From the NCBI GenBank assembly GCA_963675915.1, contig OY780959.1:1830001-1862000 (forward strand): a stretch of DNA of 32,000 bases, in the 5' to 3' direction. The position numbers and the translations under genes were made by a program. Below the pieces are notes generated by a model, which was given only the letters and a program-made list of their open reading frames with translations, ran no database searches and had not been told where the DNA came from. The stretch comes from Coprobacillaceae bacterium (GTDB taxonomy: Bacteria; Bacillota_I; Bacilli_A; Erysipelotrichales; Coprobacillaceae). This document shows, one piece after another, positions 7,692 to 16,245 of this stretch; positions within the stretch are counted from its first letter, which is position 1, and the number at the start of each line of letters is the position of its first letter.

Positions 7692-8315
7692 TTAGCCAGC
7701 CAAGCCACCTTTAGCAGTTTTGAATATTTCCAGTGCTTGAATGATCAGTTCAACCGTACCTTCAACTCCGTAGGTATTGACATCAATAAGAACATCTTTG
7801 CTTTTGATGTCTTCACGGTTTTGACCGGTAACATAATTATAGTAGTTTCTTTTTTGTTTATCGATTCTTCTAATCAGTTTCACCGCATTTTGAATAGTCA
7901 GATCATAATCTCTAGCAATATGGGCAATGCGGGCATCTTCAGGTGCATATAAGTAGATTTTAAGAACATTTGGATGTTCTCTAAGAACATAGTCACCACA
8001 GCGACCAAAGAGGATGCAAGAATCTTTTTTATTGGCGATTTCGCGAATTACATCGATTTGAGCTTCCACCGCTTTTTCACTGTAGAAATCAGTTGATGAT
8101 CCATAAGCGAAGTGGCGCAGGAACGAAGTGCTGCTCTTTTGAATCTTTTCGTCAGAACCTTTGACAAAATCCACATTCAACTCCGCTTTTTGAGCTGTAA
8201 GGTCAACCAATTCTTCATCGTAAAATTTAACGTTTAATCTCGATGCCAGTTGTCTTCCGATTTCACGGGCATTACATCCGAACTCACGAGAAATTGTAAT
8301 TACAAATTTTTCCAT
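7692..8315 (-). CDS. Cytidylate-kinase-like family protein (Cytidylate_kin2-type), function unknown
   Basis: Family signature from memory: N-terminal VITISREFG....REIG..LA..L...FYD.EL, LFGRCGDYVLRE, KQKRNYYNYVTGQ, VEGTVELI. The start is 3 nt after the permease stop, with an AGGAGA RBS inside the permease 3' end. Confidence 0.75.
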   Translation of the reverse strand: MEKFVITISREFGCNAREIGRQLASRLNVKFYDEELVDLTAQKAELNVDFVKGSDEKIQKSSTSFLRHFAYGSSTDFYSEKAVEAQIDVIREIANKKDSCILFGRCGDYVLREHPNVLKIYLYAPEDARIAHIARDYDLTIQNAVKLIRRIDKQKRNYYNYVTGQNREDIKSKDVLIDVNTYGVEGTVELIIQALEIFKTAKGGLAG

Positions 8316-8318
8316 AGT

Positions 8319-9041
8319 CTATCTCCTACTTACACTTAATTTACGTTCAATGAATTTGATTCCCAGTGATAAAGGAATGTAAATAATCAGGTAAACACCT
8401 GCCAGAATTGTGTATGATTCGATGGTCAGGAATGTTTGAGCCGTGTAGGCTTTTGTTACTAGCAATAATTCCTGAGCTGCGATATAAGCCAATAATGAAG
8501 TATCTTTTACCAGCATGATCAGGTAGTTACCGAATACTGGAATAGAGTTTTTGAATGCTTGAGGAATCACAATTCGAAGCATTGCCATTTTTGGTGAGAA
8601 TCCCAACGCCAACGCCGCTTCACGTTGTCCGTCATCGATCGCAAGAATTGCTGAACGGATTACTTCTGACAAGTAAGTACCGTAGTTAATCCCAAACCCG
8701 ATAATCCCGGCTTGAACCGCAGACAGATTGAAGGTACTCATGCTGACATTGAATCCCAGCAATGATGCGATAATCGCCAGCAACAGTGGAACTACATAGT
8801 AAACATAGACCAATTGAACCAGCAACGGTGTCCCCCGGACAACATCGATGAAAAGATTCAAAATAAAGTTCAATGCTTTTAATTTTGTGAATTTAGCCAG
8901 AGCCATCAACAGCCCCAGAACCATCGCCAACAAGAAACCAAGGATGGTTACAGTTACTACTATGATAAACGCATCCGGGAACAATTTCGGCAACAGTTCC
9001 GTCAACGCCTTTGAAAAGTTTAAGTTCAATAATGAATTCAT
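8319..9041 (-). CDS. Polar amino-acid ABC transporter permease (His/Glu/Gln/Arg/opine family)
   Basis: Multi-pass membrane protein with the EAA-type loop (IDDGQREAALALGFSPKMAMLRIVIPQA) typical of this family. Confidence 0.9.
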   Translation of the reverse strand: MNSLLNLNFSKALTELLPKLFPDAFIIVVTVTILGFLLAMVLGLLMALAKFTKLKALNFILNLFIDVVRGTPLLVQLVYVYYVVPLLLAIIASLLGFNVSMSTFNLSAVQAGIIGFGINYGTYLSEVIRSAILAIDDGQREAALALGFSPKMAMLRIVIPQAFKNSIPVFGNYLIMLVKDTSLLAYIAAQELLLVTKAYTAQTFLTIESYTILAGVYLIIYIPLSLGIKFIERKLSVSRR

Positions 9042-9053
9042 CTCTACAACCTC

Positions 9054-9782
9054 CTACAATACTCTCGACAAGAACTCTTTGGTTCTTGGGTTCTTTGGAT
9101 TACTGAAAATTTCTTCCGGACTACCATCTTCGATGATATATCCACCTTCCATGAAGATTACCCGATCGGCAACATCTTTTGCGAATCCCATTTCATGAGT
9201 AACGACCGCCATTGTCATTCCTTCATTAGCCAGGTCTTTCATTACTTTCAATACTTCTCCAACCAACTCCGGATCCAAAGCACTTGTCGGCTCATCGAAC
9301 AGGATGATTTTTGGATGCATTGCCAAGGCTCTTGCAATCGCAACCCTTTGTTGTTGTCCTCCTGATAATGTAGATGGATAAACGCTGGCCTTATCGGCAA
9401 GACCAACTTTTTCAAGTAAGTCCATTGCTTCTTTGTGGGCTTCGTGCTTGCTTTTCTTCAACAGGTGAATTGGGGCATAGGAAACATTTTCCAATACAGT
9501 CATCATCGGGAATAAGTTGAATCGTTGGAAACACATTCCCACTTCCTGACGATATTTCATTACATTGAATTTCTTGTCGACAATGTTATCTCCATTATAG
9601 ATGATTTCTCCACTTGAAGGTTGTTCCAACAGATTCAAACATCTGAGGAATGTTGATTTACCCGATCCCGATGGACCGATCAATACCAGAACCTCCCCTT
9701 CATCAATCGATGTCGAAATGTCTTTCAATACCTTCAAATCTCCAAAGCTTTTCTCAAGCTTATTTATTTCTAATAACGCCAT
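9054..9782 (-). CDS. Polar amino-acid ABC transporter ATP-binding protein (GlnQ-like)
   Basis: Walker [10 protein letters not shown], signature [15 protein letters not shown], Walker [13 protein letters not shown]-loop VVTHEM. Confidence 0.92.
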   Translation of the reverse strand: MALLEINKLEKSFGDLKVLKDISTSIDEGEVLVLIGPSGSGKSTFLRCLNLLEQPSSGEIIYNGDNIVDKKFNVMKYRQEVGMCFQRFNLFPMMTVLENVSYAPIHLLKKSKHEAHKEAMDLLEKVGLADKASVYPSTLSGGQQQRVAIARALAMHPKIILFDEPTSALDPELVGEVLKVMKDLANEGMTMAVVTHEMGFAKDVADRVIFMEGGYIIEDGSPEEIFSNPKNPRTKEFLSRVL

Positions 9783-10013
9783 ACGTCTTCCTCCTAACTT
9801 TTATTTATCAAGATAATAATTTCTTATTAGTTTTAAGCTACGCTCATTATAACTTTCATATTCTTAAAATGCTATGGGCTATAACTACAAACTTTATTGT
9901 TACTATAGCACAATAACACAAAAATTCCTGTACTCCAACCCATATATAGAGCATTATTTTGGTGCAACTGTACTAGGTGTTGACTAATATTGTCTATCTT
10001 TATTATATATAGG

Positions 10014-10048
10014 GACCAAATATTGATCAAAAATCAATGTTTTGTACC
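10014..10048. promoter_or_regulatory. 35-nt AT-rich dyad element B (candidate regulator binding site)
   Basis: GACCAAATATTGATCAAAAATCAATGTTTTGTACC. Perfect ATTGAT-N5-ATCAAT core, extendable to AAAtATTGAT-N5-ATCAATgTTT. Partner of element A. Lies in the divergent ABC/gabT-like intergenic region. Confidence 0.3.
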
Positions 10049-10160
10049 AATAGCATAGAATTTTATAGGCTCTTGTCCTATATACATATTTTTTTTGTGT
10101 TGTATAATGGAGCCAAGAATTTATTATTAATGTGATAAAAATATATTAGGAGGAAATGTC

Positions 10161-11516
10161 ATGAATTTAAAAGATATGATGCCAAGCGTTAAAACTGAAC
10201 TGCCTGGTGAAAAATCAAAAGTATTATTTGATGCCAGAGCCAAAGAAGTGCCTGGTGCGGTTGGAACTATGTACCCGGTAACCATCAAACGCGGTGCCGG
10301 AGCTATGATTGAGGATTTGGATGGAAACATTTTCCTGGATTTCATCGGAGGAGTCGGAGTATTGAATATGGGTTATTCACATCCGGAAATCATCGACGTT
10401 GTCAAAAAACAAAGCGAATTATTCTTCCATTCGATGTTCAACATCACCACTCATAAACCATATTTGGATCTTGCTGCCAAATTAAACGCTATCGCACCAG
10501 TTGCCGGTGAAGAACATCAGACTTTCTTTGCAAACTCAGGAGCCGAAGCCAATGAGAACGCAATCAAAATCGCAAAAAGTTATACTGGCAGAAAAAATAT
10601 CATCTGTTTCTCAAGAGCATTCCATGGTCGTACTTTGATGACAATGACATTGACTGCTAAAAAAGCTTACACCAAAGGTATCGGTGCTGATGCGCCGGGA
10701 ATCTATCGTGCCAGCTACCCATATCTATATCAAAAAGATTCAGGTCTTACCAAAGATGAATATATTCAAAAATGTCTTAATAGCATTTATGAATTGTTCG
10801 AAGAGGCAGTAATCCCAACTGAAGTTGCTGCATTCATCCTTGAACCATTACAAGGTGAAGGTGGATTTATCCCAGCTGATATCGAATGGATGAAAGGAAT
10901 CCGTAAAATCTGTGATGAATTCGGAATCTTATTGATTGTCGATGAAGTTCAATCAGGATTCTGCCGTACAGGTAAAATGTTTGCAAGTGATTACTTCAAA
11001 GAAGCTGGTATCTTACCGGATATCATCACTACTGCAAAATCAATCGCAGCCGGTTTACCTTTATCAGCAGTAATCGCAAATAAGGAAATCACAGAAAAAG
11101 TAATCAAAGGTACCATCGGAGGTACTTATGGTGGTAATGCTCTAAGTTGTGTTGCAGGTCTTAAAGTTATTGAAATCATGGAGCGTGACAATTTCGAAAA
11201 AAGATCTCAAGAAATTGGAGCAACAGTTATGGCTCGATACAATGATTTCATCAGCAAATATGATATCGTTGGAGATGCCCGTGGTCTTGGTGCAATGATC
11301 GGATTGGAAATTGTTACTGACCAAGCAAGCAAAAAAGCCAACGCTGCAGCAACTACTGAGATCATCAAATACTGCTACAACCGCGGATTGTTGATCGAGT
11401 CAGCCGGAACATATGGAAATGTAATCAGATTCCTGGCTCCGCTTGTAATTAGTGATGAACAACTTAATTGCGGACTTGATATCATCGAAGACGCAATCAA
11501 GGAGGTTTGTGGGTAA
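10161..11516 (+). CDS. gabT: 4-aminobutyrate (GABA) aminotransferase-like class-III aminotransferase
   Basis: GabT-like layout: GAMIEDLDGNIFLDFIGGVGVLNMGYSHPE, FFANSGAEANENAIKIA, FHGRTLMTM, LIVDEVQSGFCRTGKMFA, PLP-lysine DIITTAKSIAAGLPLS. AGGAGG RBS. Confidence 0.8.
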   Translation: MNLKDMMPSVKTELPGEKSKVLFDARAKEVPGAVGTMYPVTIKRGAGAMIEDLDGNIFLDFIGGVGVLNMGYSHPEIIDVVKKQSELFFHSMFNITTHKPYLDLAAKLNAIAPVAGEEHQTFFANSGAEANENAIKIAKSYTGRKNIICFSRAFHGRTLMTMTLTAKKAYTKGIGADAPGIYRASYPYLYQKDSGLTKDEYIQKCLNSIYELFEEAVIPTEVAAFILEPLQGEGGFIPADIEWMKGIRKICDEFGILLIVDEVQSGFCRTGKMFASDYFKEAGILPDIITTAKSIAAGLPLSAVIANKEITEKVIKGTIGGTYGGNALSCVAGLKVIEIMERDNFEKRSQEIGATVMARYNDFISKYDIVGDARGLGAMIGLEIVTDQASKKANAAATTEIIKYCYNRGLLIESAGTYGNVIRFLAPLVISDEQLNCGLDIIEDAIKEVCG

Positions 11517-12622
11517 TGGAACAATTCAAAGTTGCCCCTTCAATCTTCATTTTCGATGACTTCGCTGAATTTTCAAATGCCAAAGCAATCGGGAAATCAG
11601 ATCTTGTCATCACCAATAAAATCATTATCGACAATTACCTTAGTGATAGTGAGGCCATCCTGATCGACTTATATGAGTTCGGTCAAGGTGAGCCAACTGA
11701 CAAACTTGTTGATTCAATCAGTGAAGCGATCAAGGATAAACACTACGACCGCGTTATCGGAATCGGTGGAGGAACTATCCTGGATACAGCCAAGTTATTC
11801 ACATTGGCGGACTTTTTACCAATTACAGCGCTTTTCGAAGGTACTACACCACTCAAAAAAATCAAAGAAAGCATCCTGATTCCAACCACCTGCGGAACCG
11901 GAAGCGAGGTTACCAATATCTCTATTCTGGAACTGACTTCAATCAATACCAAAAAGGGGTTGGCCCAAGATGAGCTTTTCGCCGACGAAGTAGCAATCAT
12001 TCCTGAACTTATCTCAACATTGCCAGACTACGTCTTTGCAGCCAGCTCACTTGACGCTCTCGTTCATGCAATTGAATCACTGCTTTCACCAAAAGCAACC
12101 GCCTTCTCTGAACTGTATTCTTACAAGGCTATTGAGTCAATCCTTTCAGGATACGCGGAGATTCAGGAAGATATTTCCAAACGTCAACATTTGCTCAAGG
12201 AATTCCTGGTAGCTTCAACCAATGCCGGAATCGCCTTTTCCAACGCCGGATGCGGGACCGTGCATGCTATGAGCTATCCCCTTGGAGCCAAATATCACGT
12301 CGCACACGGAGAAAGCAATTATAGCCTGTTGATGGGAGTTCTTAATTATTATGGAGCCAATTCAGCATCAGGCGCATTGTTAAAACTTAAGGACATTGTT
12401 GCCCAAACCCTGAACTGTACCAGTGATGAATCGCTCGAAAGACTGGGACTGCTTCTGGAAAAAATTCTTCCGCTCAAGAACCTGGCTTCATATAACGTGA
12501 AACCTGAAGAACTGGAAGAGTTCGCCGCTTCTGTGGAACAAAACCAACAAAGACTTCTCGCTAATTCATTCTTGCCCATGAATTACGATTCAATCCTGGA
12601 AATCTACAAAAGCGTCTATTAA
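11516..12622 (+). CDS. 4-hydroxybutyrate dehydrogenase-like iron-containing alcohol dehydrogenase
   Basis: Full-length resemblance, from memory, to Clostridium kluyveri 4HbD: VAPSIFIFDD, IGIGGGTILDTAK, IPTTCGTGSEVTNISI, TKKGLAQDELFA, SSLDALVHAIES, NAGCGTVHAMSYPLGAKYHVAHGE, C-terminal QQRLLANSF...ILEIYKSVY. ATG 11516 overlaps the gabT-like stop (TAATG). GGAGG lies 10 nt upstream. The track start 11507 (TTG) is too close to the RBS. Confidence 0.72.
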   Translation: MEQFKVAPSIFIFDDFAEFSNAKAIGKSDLVITNKIIIDNYLSDSEAILIDLYEFGQGEPTDKLVDSISEAIKDKHYDRVIGIGGGTILDTAKLFTLADFLPITALFEGTTPLKKIKESILIPTTCGTGSEVTNISILELTSINTKKGLAQDELFADEVAIIPELISTLPDYVFAASSLDALVHAIESLLSPKATAFSELYSYKAIESILSGYAEIQEDISKRQHLLKEFLVASTNAGIAFSNAGCGTVHAMSYPLGAKYHVAHGESNYSLLMGVLNYYGANSASGALLKLKDIVAQTLNCTSDESLERLGLLLEKILPLKNLASYNVKPEELEEFAASVEQNQQRLLANSFLPMNYDSILEIYKSVY

Positions 12623-12688
12623 CAAAAAAGTAGAAACATTATTCAAGAACGTCATCTCTTGAATCGGTTTCTACTTTTTTTGTTTTTT
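12623..12688 (+). terminator. Strong rho-independent terminator closing the gabT-like/4hbD-like pair
   Basis: AAAAAAGTAGAAAC ... (inner stem TTCAAGA/TCTTGAA) ... GTTTCTACTTTTTTTGTTTTTT. Confidence 0.65.
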
Positions 12689-12837
12689 GAGAATTAATCG
12701 GCCTCCAAACAGAACGGCAAAACCAGATGTTATCAGCCCTCAAAAAATCCCTTCTCCTTCTGTTTAGCTCTTACCCACATACTAGGGCCTCTCGTTATCA
12801 AGAGCCGTTAAAACGCAAAATAACCGCCTTTTGGGCA

Positions 12838-12870
12838 TAAAAAAAGACGACCAATTTATTGACCGTCTTA
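12838..12870 (-). terminator. Terminator of guaB
   Basis: On the minus strand: AAGACGGTCAAT aa ATTGGTCGTCTT followed by TTTTTTT. It has one internal 2-nt mismatch. Confidence 0.5.
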
Positions 12871-12881
12871 ATCGATTATTA

Positions 12882-14387
12882 TTATTTTACGTTTCCGCTA
12901 GATTCTTTTAAAACAACGTCATGCGCTCCACCTTCAACAATTGAAGTTGAAGATACAAGCGTGATTTTTGCTTTTTCCTGGAATTCAGGAATTGATAAAG
13001 AACCGCAGTTACACATAGTTGATTTGATTTTGTTCAAAGTCATTTCAACGTTTTCTTTCAATGGACCAGCGTAAGGAACATATGAGTCGACACCTTCCTC
13101 GAACGAAAGTTTAGAGTCTCCTCCCATGTCATATCTTTGCCAGTTACGGGCACGGGCAGATCCTTCTCCCCAGTACTCTTTCATATATTGACCGTTAAGG
13201 CTGACACGGTTACTTGGCGCTTCGTCAAAACGAGCAAAGTAACGACCTAACATGATGAAGTCAGATCCCATCGCCATTGCCAATGCCATATGGTAATCAT
13301 AAACGATACCACCATCCGAACAAATAGGAATATAGATTCCTGTTTCTTCAAAGTAAGCATCACGAGCTTTAGCTACATCGATAGTTGCTGTAGCTTGACC
13401 ACGTCCAATCCCTTTTTGTTCACGGGTAATACAGATAGATCCGCCACCGATTCCGACTTTGATAAAGTCAGCTCCAGCATTTGCCAGGAATCTGAATCCA
13501 TCCTCGTCAACAACGTTTCCAGCTCCGACTTTCACAGTGTCTCCGTAGTTTTCACGAATCCACTCGATTGTCAGTTTTTGCCATTCACTGAAACCTTCTG
13601 ATGAGTCGATACAAAGCACATCAACTCCAGCTTCAACCAATGCCGGTACCCGTTCAGCATAGTCACGAGTATTGATTCCAGCCCCGACTACATAACGTTT
13701 TTGATCATCCAATAATTCATTAGGATTGTTTTTACGAGTTTCGTAATCTTTTCTAAAGACGAAATATTGTAAATTTTGATTATCATCAACTACCGGTAAG
13801 GCATTTAATTTATTATCCCAGATGATGTCATTGCATTCTTTCAATGAAGTTGCTGTAGTTGCAACAATCAGCTTTTCATAAGGTGTCATGAATGAAGTGA
13901 CTTTTTCATCTTTATCCATTCTTGAGACACGGTAATCACGACCAGTTACGATCCCGATCAGTTTTCCGGTCGATTGTCCGTTTTCAGTAACCGCCATAGT
14001 CGAGTGACCTGTTTCTTCTTTAAGTTTTAAAACGTCTGCCAACGTCATTTCCGGACTTAAATTAGAGTCACTTGGAACAAATCCTGCCTTATATGATTTT
14101 ACATTTCTAACCATTTGAGCTTGTGATTCAATTGTTTGAGAACCATAGATAAATGAAACTCCACCTTCTCTAGCCAAGGCTACTGCCATTTTATCATCAG
14201 ACACTGCCTGCATGATAGCCGATACCAGAGGAGCATTTAAAGTAATCGCTGATTCTTCGCCTTTTTTGAATTTTACCAGTGGGGTTTTCAGACTAACATT
14301 CTTAGTTTGAGCCTCTGTCGAAGAGTATCCCGGAACTAATAAATATTCATTAAAAGTACGTGAGGGTTCTTTAAAAAAATATGCCAT
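12882..14387 (-). CDS. guaB: IMP dehydrogenase
   Basis: Catalytic loop [25 protein letters not shown] pair in the middle, Clostridia-type N-terminus [20 protein letters not shown]. 501 aa. Confidence 0.9.
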   Translation of the reverse strand: MAYFFKEPSRTFNEYLLVPGYSSTEAQTKNVSLKTPLVKFKKGEESAITLNAPLVSAIMQAVSDDKMAVALAREGGVSFIYGSQTIESQAQMVRNVKSYKAGFVPSDSNLSPEMTLADVLKLKEETGHSTMAVTENGQSTGKLIGIVTGRDYRVSRMDKDEKVTSFMTPYEKLIVATTATSLKECNDIIWDNKLNALPVVDDNQNLQYFVFRKDYETRKNNPNELLDDQKRYVVGAGINTRDYAERVPALVEAGVDVLCIDSSEGFSEWQKLTIEWIRENYGDTVKVGAGNVVDEDGFRFLANAGADFIKVGIGGGSICITREQKGIGRGQATATIDVAKARDAYFEETGIYIPICSDGGIVYDYHMALAMAMGSDFIMLGRYFARFDEAPSNRVSLNGQYMKEYWGEGSARARNWQRYDMGGDSKLSFEEGVDSYVPYAGPLKENVEMTLNKIKSTMCNCGSLSIPEFQEKAKITLVSSTSIVEGGAHDVVLKESSGNVK

Positions 14388-14430
14388 TTTTATCTCCTTT
14401 TGAAAATATATTTTTTAGATTTTACGCTAA

Positions 14431-14769
14431 CTATCCGGTTTTGTCAAGGACTAGTTGGCTATTTAAATAATTATTTATATCCTGCAACAAGCCATCGAGT
14501 TCATCCTTGGTTTTTTGATAGTTTACAACCAGGGGATTGGAGTAATATTCGTCCTTGAGACGGTCATATTCTTCAATCAATGCTACACTTGACTGCTTCT
14601 TACTTTTTACTATAACAATTTCTTTTTGGATTTCAACTATTTTTTTCTCCAAACCCTTCAAATACTCATTATTTTTATAAGATTGCTCCAGATTTTTAAA
14701 CTCCACGACCAGCGGATGTTCCAGGATTTCCTGATTGATCTGATAGGCCAGAGCTTCCAGCTTATCCAA
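14431..14769 (-). CDS. ymcA: YlbF/YmcA-family regulatory protein
   Basis: A 112-aa helical protein directly downstream of miaB, as ymcA is in B. subtilis. TTG start overlapping the miaB 3' end by 8 nt, with GGTGAG 4 nt upstream. Confidence 0.65.
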   Translation of the reverse strand: MDKLEALAYQINQEILEHPLVVEFKNLEQSYKNNEYLKGLEKKIVEIQKEIVIVKSKKQSSVALIEEYDRLKDEYYSNPLVVNYQKTKDELDGLLQDINNYLNSQLVLDKTG

Positions 14770-16204
14770 CTAGCTCACCAGTCAAGGTCCAAGTCTTGGC
14801 TTCGACAATCTTGACATCGACTATTTTTCCAATCACTTCTTCGCCAGCCGGGAAATTGACCAGTTTGTTTTGTTCAGTATAGCCGCTCATTACCTTTTCG
14901 TTTCGCTTGCTCGGCCCGTCAACCAGGACTTTGACCGTCTTACCGACAAATTTAAGATTGGCTTTAAGCGCTTTTTCATTGACCATGTCATTCAAGCGCT
15001 GCAGTCTTTTTGATTTTGTTTCCAGATCAACGTTATCAGTCATTTTGGCAGCCGGAGTTCCTTCACGAGGCGAATAGATGAATGTATAGGCCAAATCATA
15101 TTCACACATATCATATAGGCTCAAAGTATCCTCAAACTGTTCATCCGTTTCATTAGGGAATCCGACGATGATATCGGTCGTAATAGCCGCACTAGGCATC
15201 GTTTCACGAATGTAGTTGAACAGTTTCAAATATTCTTCCCGAGTATATTTACGTCCCATCAGCTTCAGGATTTCACTATTTCCCGATTGAACCGGAAGAT
15301 GGATATACGGCATGATATTAGGAGCCGAATTCAAGGCATCAACCATTTCAAAGGTAAAATCGTGAGGATGACTGGTTGTGAACCTGATCCGTGGAATATT
15401 GGTTTTCGCCACATCTTTGATCAGATTGCCAAAATCATAATCCCCTTCAAGATCGTTACCATATGAATTGACGTTTTGACCCAGAAGAGTCACTTCCTGG
15501 TAACCGTCTTCTACCAGGTCACTAACTTCCTTGATGATGTCCTCCGGTAGTCGAGAACGCTCTTTTCCCCGGGTATAAGGCACGATACAGTAAGTACAGA
15601 ACTTGTTGCACCCATACATGATATTGACCCAGGCTTTGTATTTATTGGCTCTTTTAGCAGGTAAATCTTCATAGATATCCCCTTCGGTTGAAAGGACTTC
15701 GACTGTCACTTTGTTTTCCTGGATTGCCTGTTGAAGCAAGACTGGAAGATTGTTGATATTGTGAGTACCGAAAACCAAATCAACATGTTGATGTTTGGTT
15801 AGAATCTTATTGACGACACTCTCTTCTTGAGGCATGCATCCGCAAACCCCCAAAATGATGTCTGGATTATATTTTTTCAAATTTTTGACATATCCAATTT
15901 TACCAAAAACCTTGTCTTCGGCATTTTCACGGATTGCACAGGTATTAAGAATGATCAAATCGGAAGTATCGATGTCATCATTGGGTGTGTATCCCATTGT
16001 TTCCAAAATTCCCGAAATGGTTTCACTATCACGTTCATTGGCCTGACAACCATAGGTCGCGAGATGATAGGTTTTCCCTTTTCCATAACCCACCATTTCA
16101 TTTGGCAGATAATAGGCATCATGTTTTACATCAACTCTGTTTTTGGTTCTTACCTTAGCTTCTTTAAGGTTGGGACCTTTGAAATATTTATCGTAATTAT
16201 TCAT
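14762..16204 (-). CDS. miaB: tRNA-2-methylthio-N6-dimethylallyladenosine synthase
   Basis: YHLATYGCQANERDSE (N-terminal cluster), radical-SAM CNKFCTYCIVPYTRG, C-terminal TRAM domain. ATG 16204 (MNNYDKYF...) has an AAAGGA RBS. The track start 16222 is a TTG without an RBS. Confidence 0.9.
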   Translation of the reverse strand: MNNYDKYFKGPNLKEAKVRTKNRVDVKHDAYYLPNEMVGYGKGKTYHLATYGCQANERDSETISGILETMGYTPNDDIDTSDLIILNTCAIRENAEDKVFGKIGYVKNLKKYNPDIILGVCGCMPQEESVVNKILTKHQHVDLVFGTHNINNLPVLLQQAIQENKVTVEVLSTEGDIYEDLPAKRANKYKAWVNIMYGCNKFCTYCIVPYTRGKERSRLPEDIIKEVSDLVEDGYQEVTLLGQNVNSYGNDLEGDYDFGNLIKDVAKTNIPRIRFTTSHPHDFTFEMVDALNSAPNIMPYIHLPVQSGNSEILKLMGRKYTREEYLKLFNYIRETMPSAAITTDIIVGFPNETDEQFEDTLSLYDMCEYDLAYTFIYSPREGTPAAKMTDNVDLETKSKRLQRLNDMVNEKALKANLKFVGKTVKVLVDGPSKRNEKVMSGYTEQNKLVNFPAGEEVIGKIVDVKIVEAKTWTLTGELVG

Positions 16205-16220
16205 TTTAATTCCTTTCATC

Positions 16221-16245
16221 AAAAAAAGGACTTAACGTCCTTTTT
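16221..16245 (-). terminator. Weak hairpin between the 78-aa gene and miaB (partial terminator at best)
   Basis: A-run GGAC ttaac GTCC T-run, with only 4 G/C-containing pairs. It sits 17 nt upstream of the miaB start with no room for a promoter, so miaB must be read through it. Confidence 0.3.

Noticed and set aside
10089-10096. T8 homopolymer just upstream of the gabT-like -10 as a phase-variation tract
   Set aside because: Eight residues is short for slipped-strand switching. Similar A/T runs occur in several other spacers (about 16523-16532 and about 21199-21206), so it is not distinctive.
12727-12840. 37-aa ORF (MLSALKKSLLLLFSSYPHTRASRYQEPLKRKITAFWA) in the GC-rich spacer
   Set aside because: It has no Shine-Dalgarno sequence or promoter upstream and is sandwiched between two terminators. 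The segment is kept only as an unexplained finding, not as a gene.
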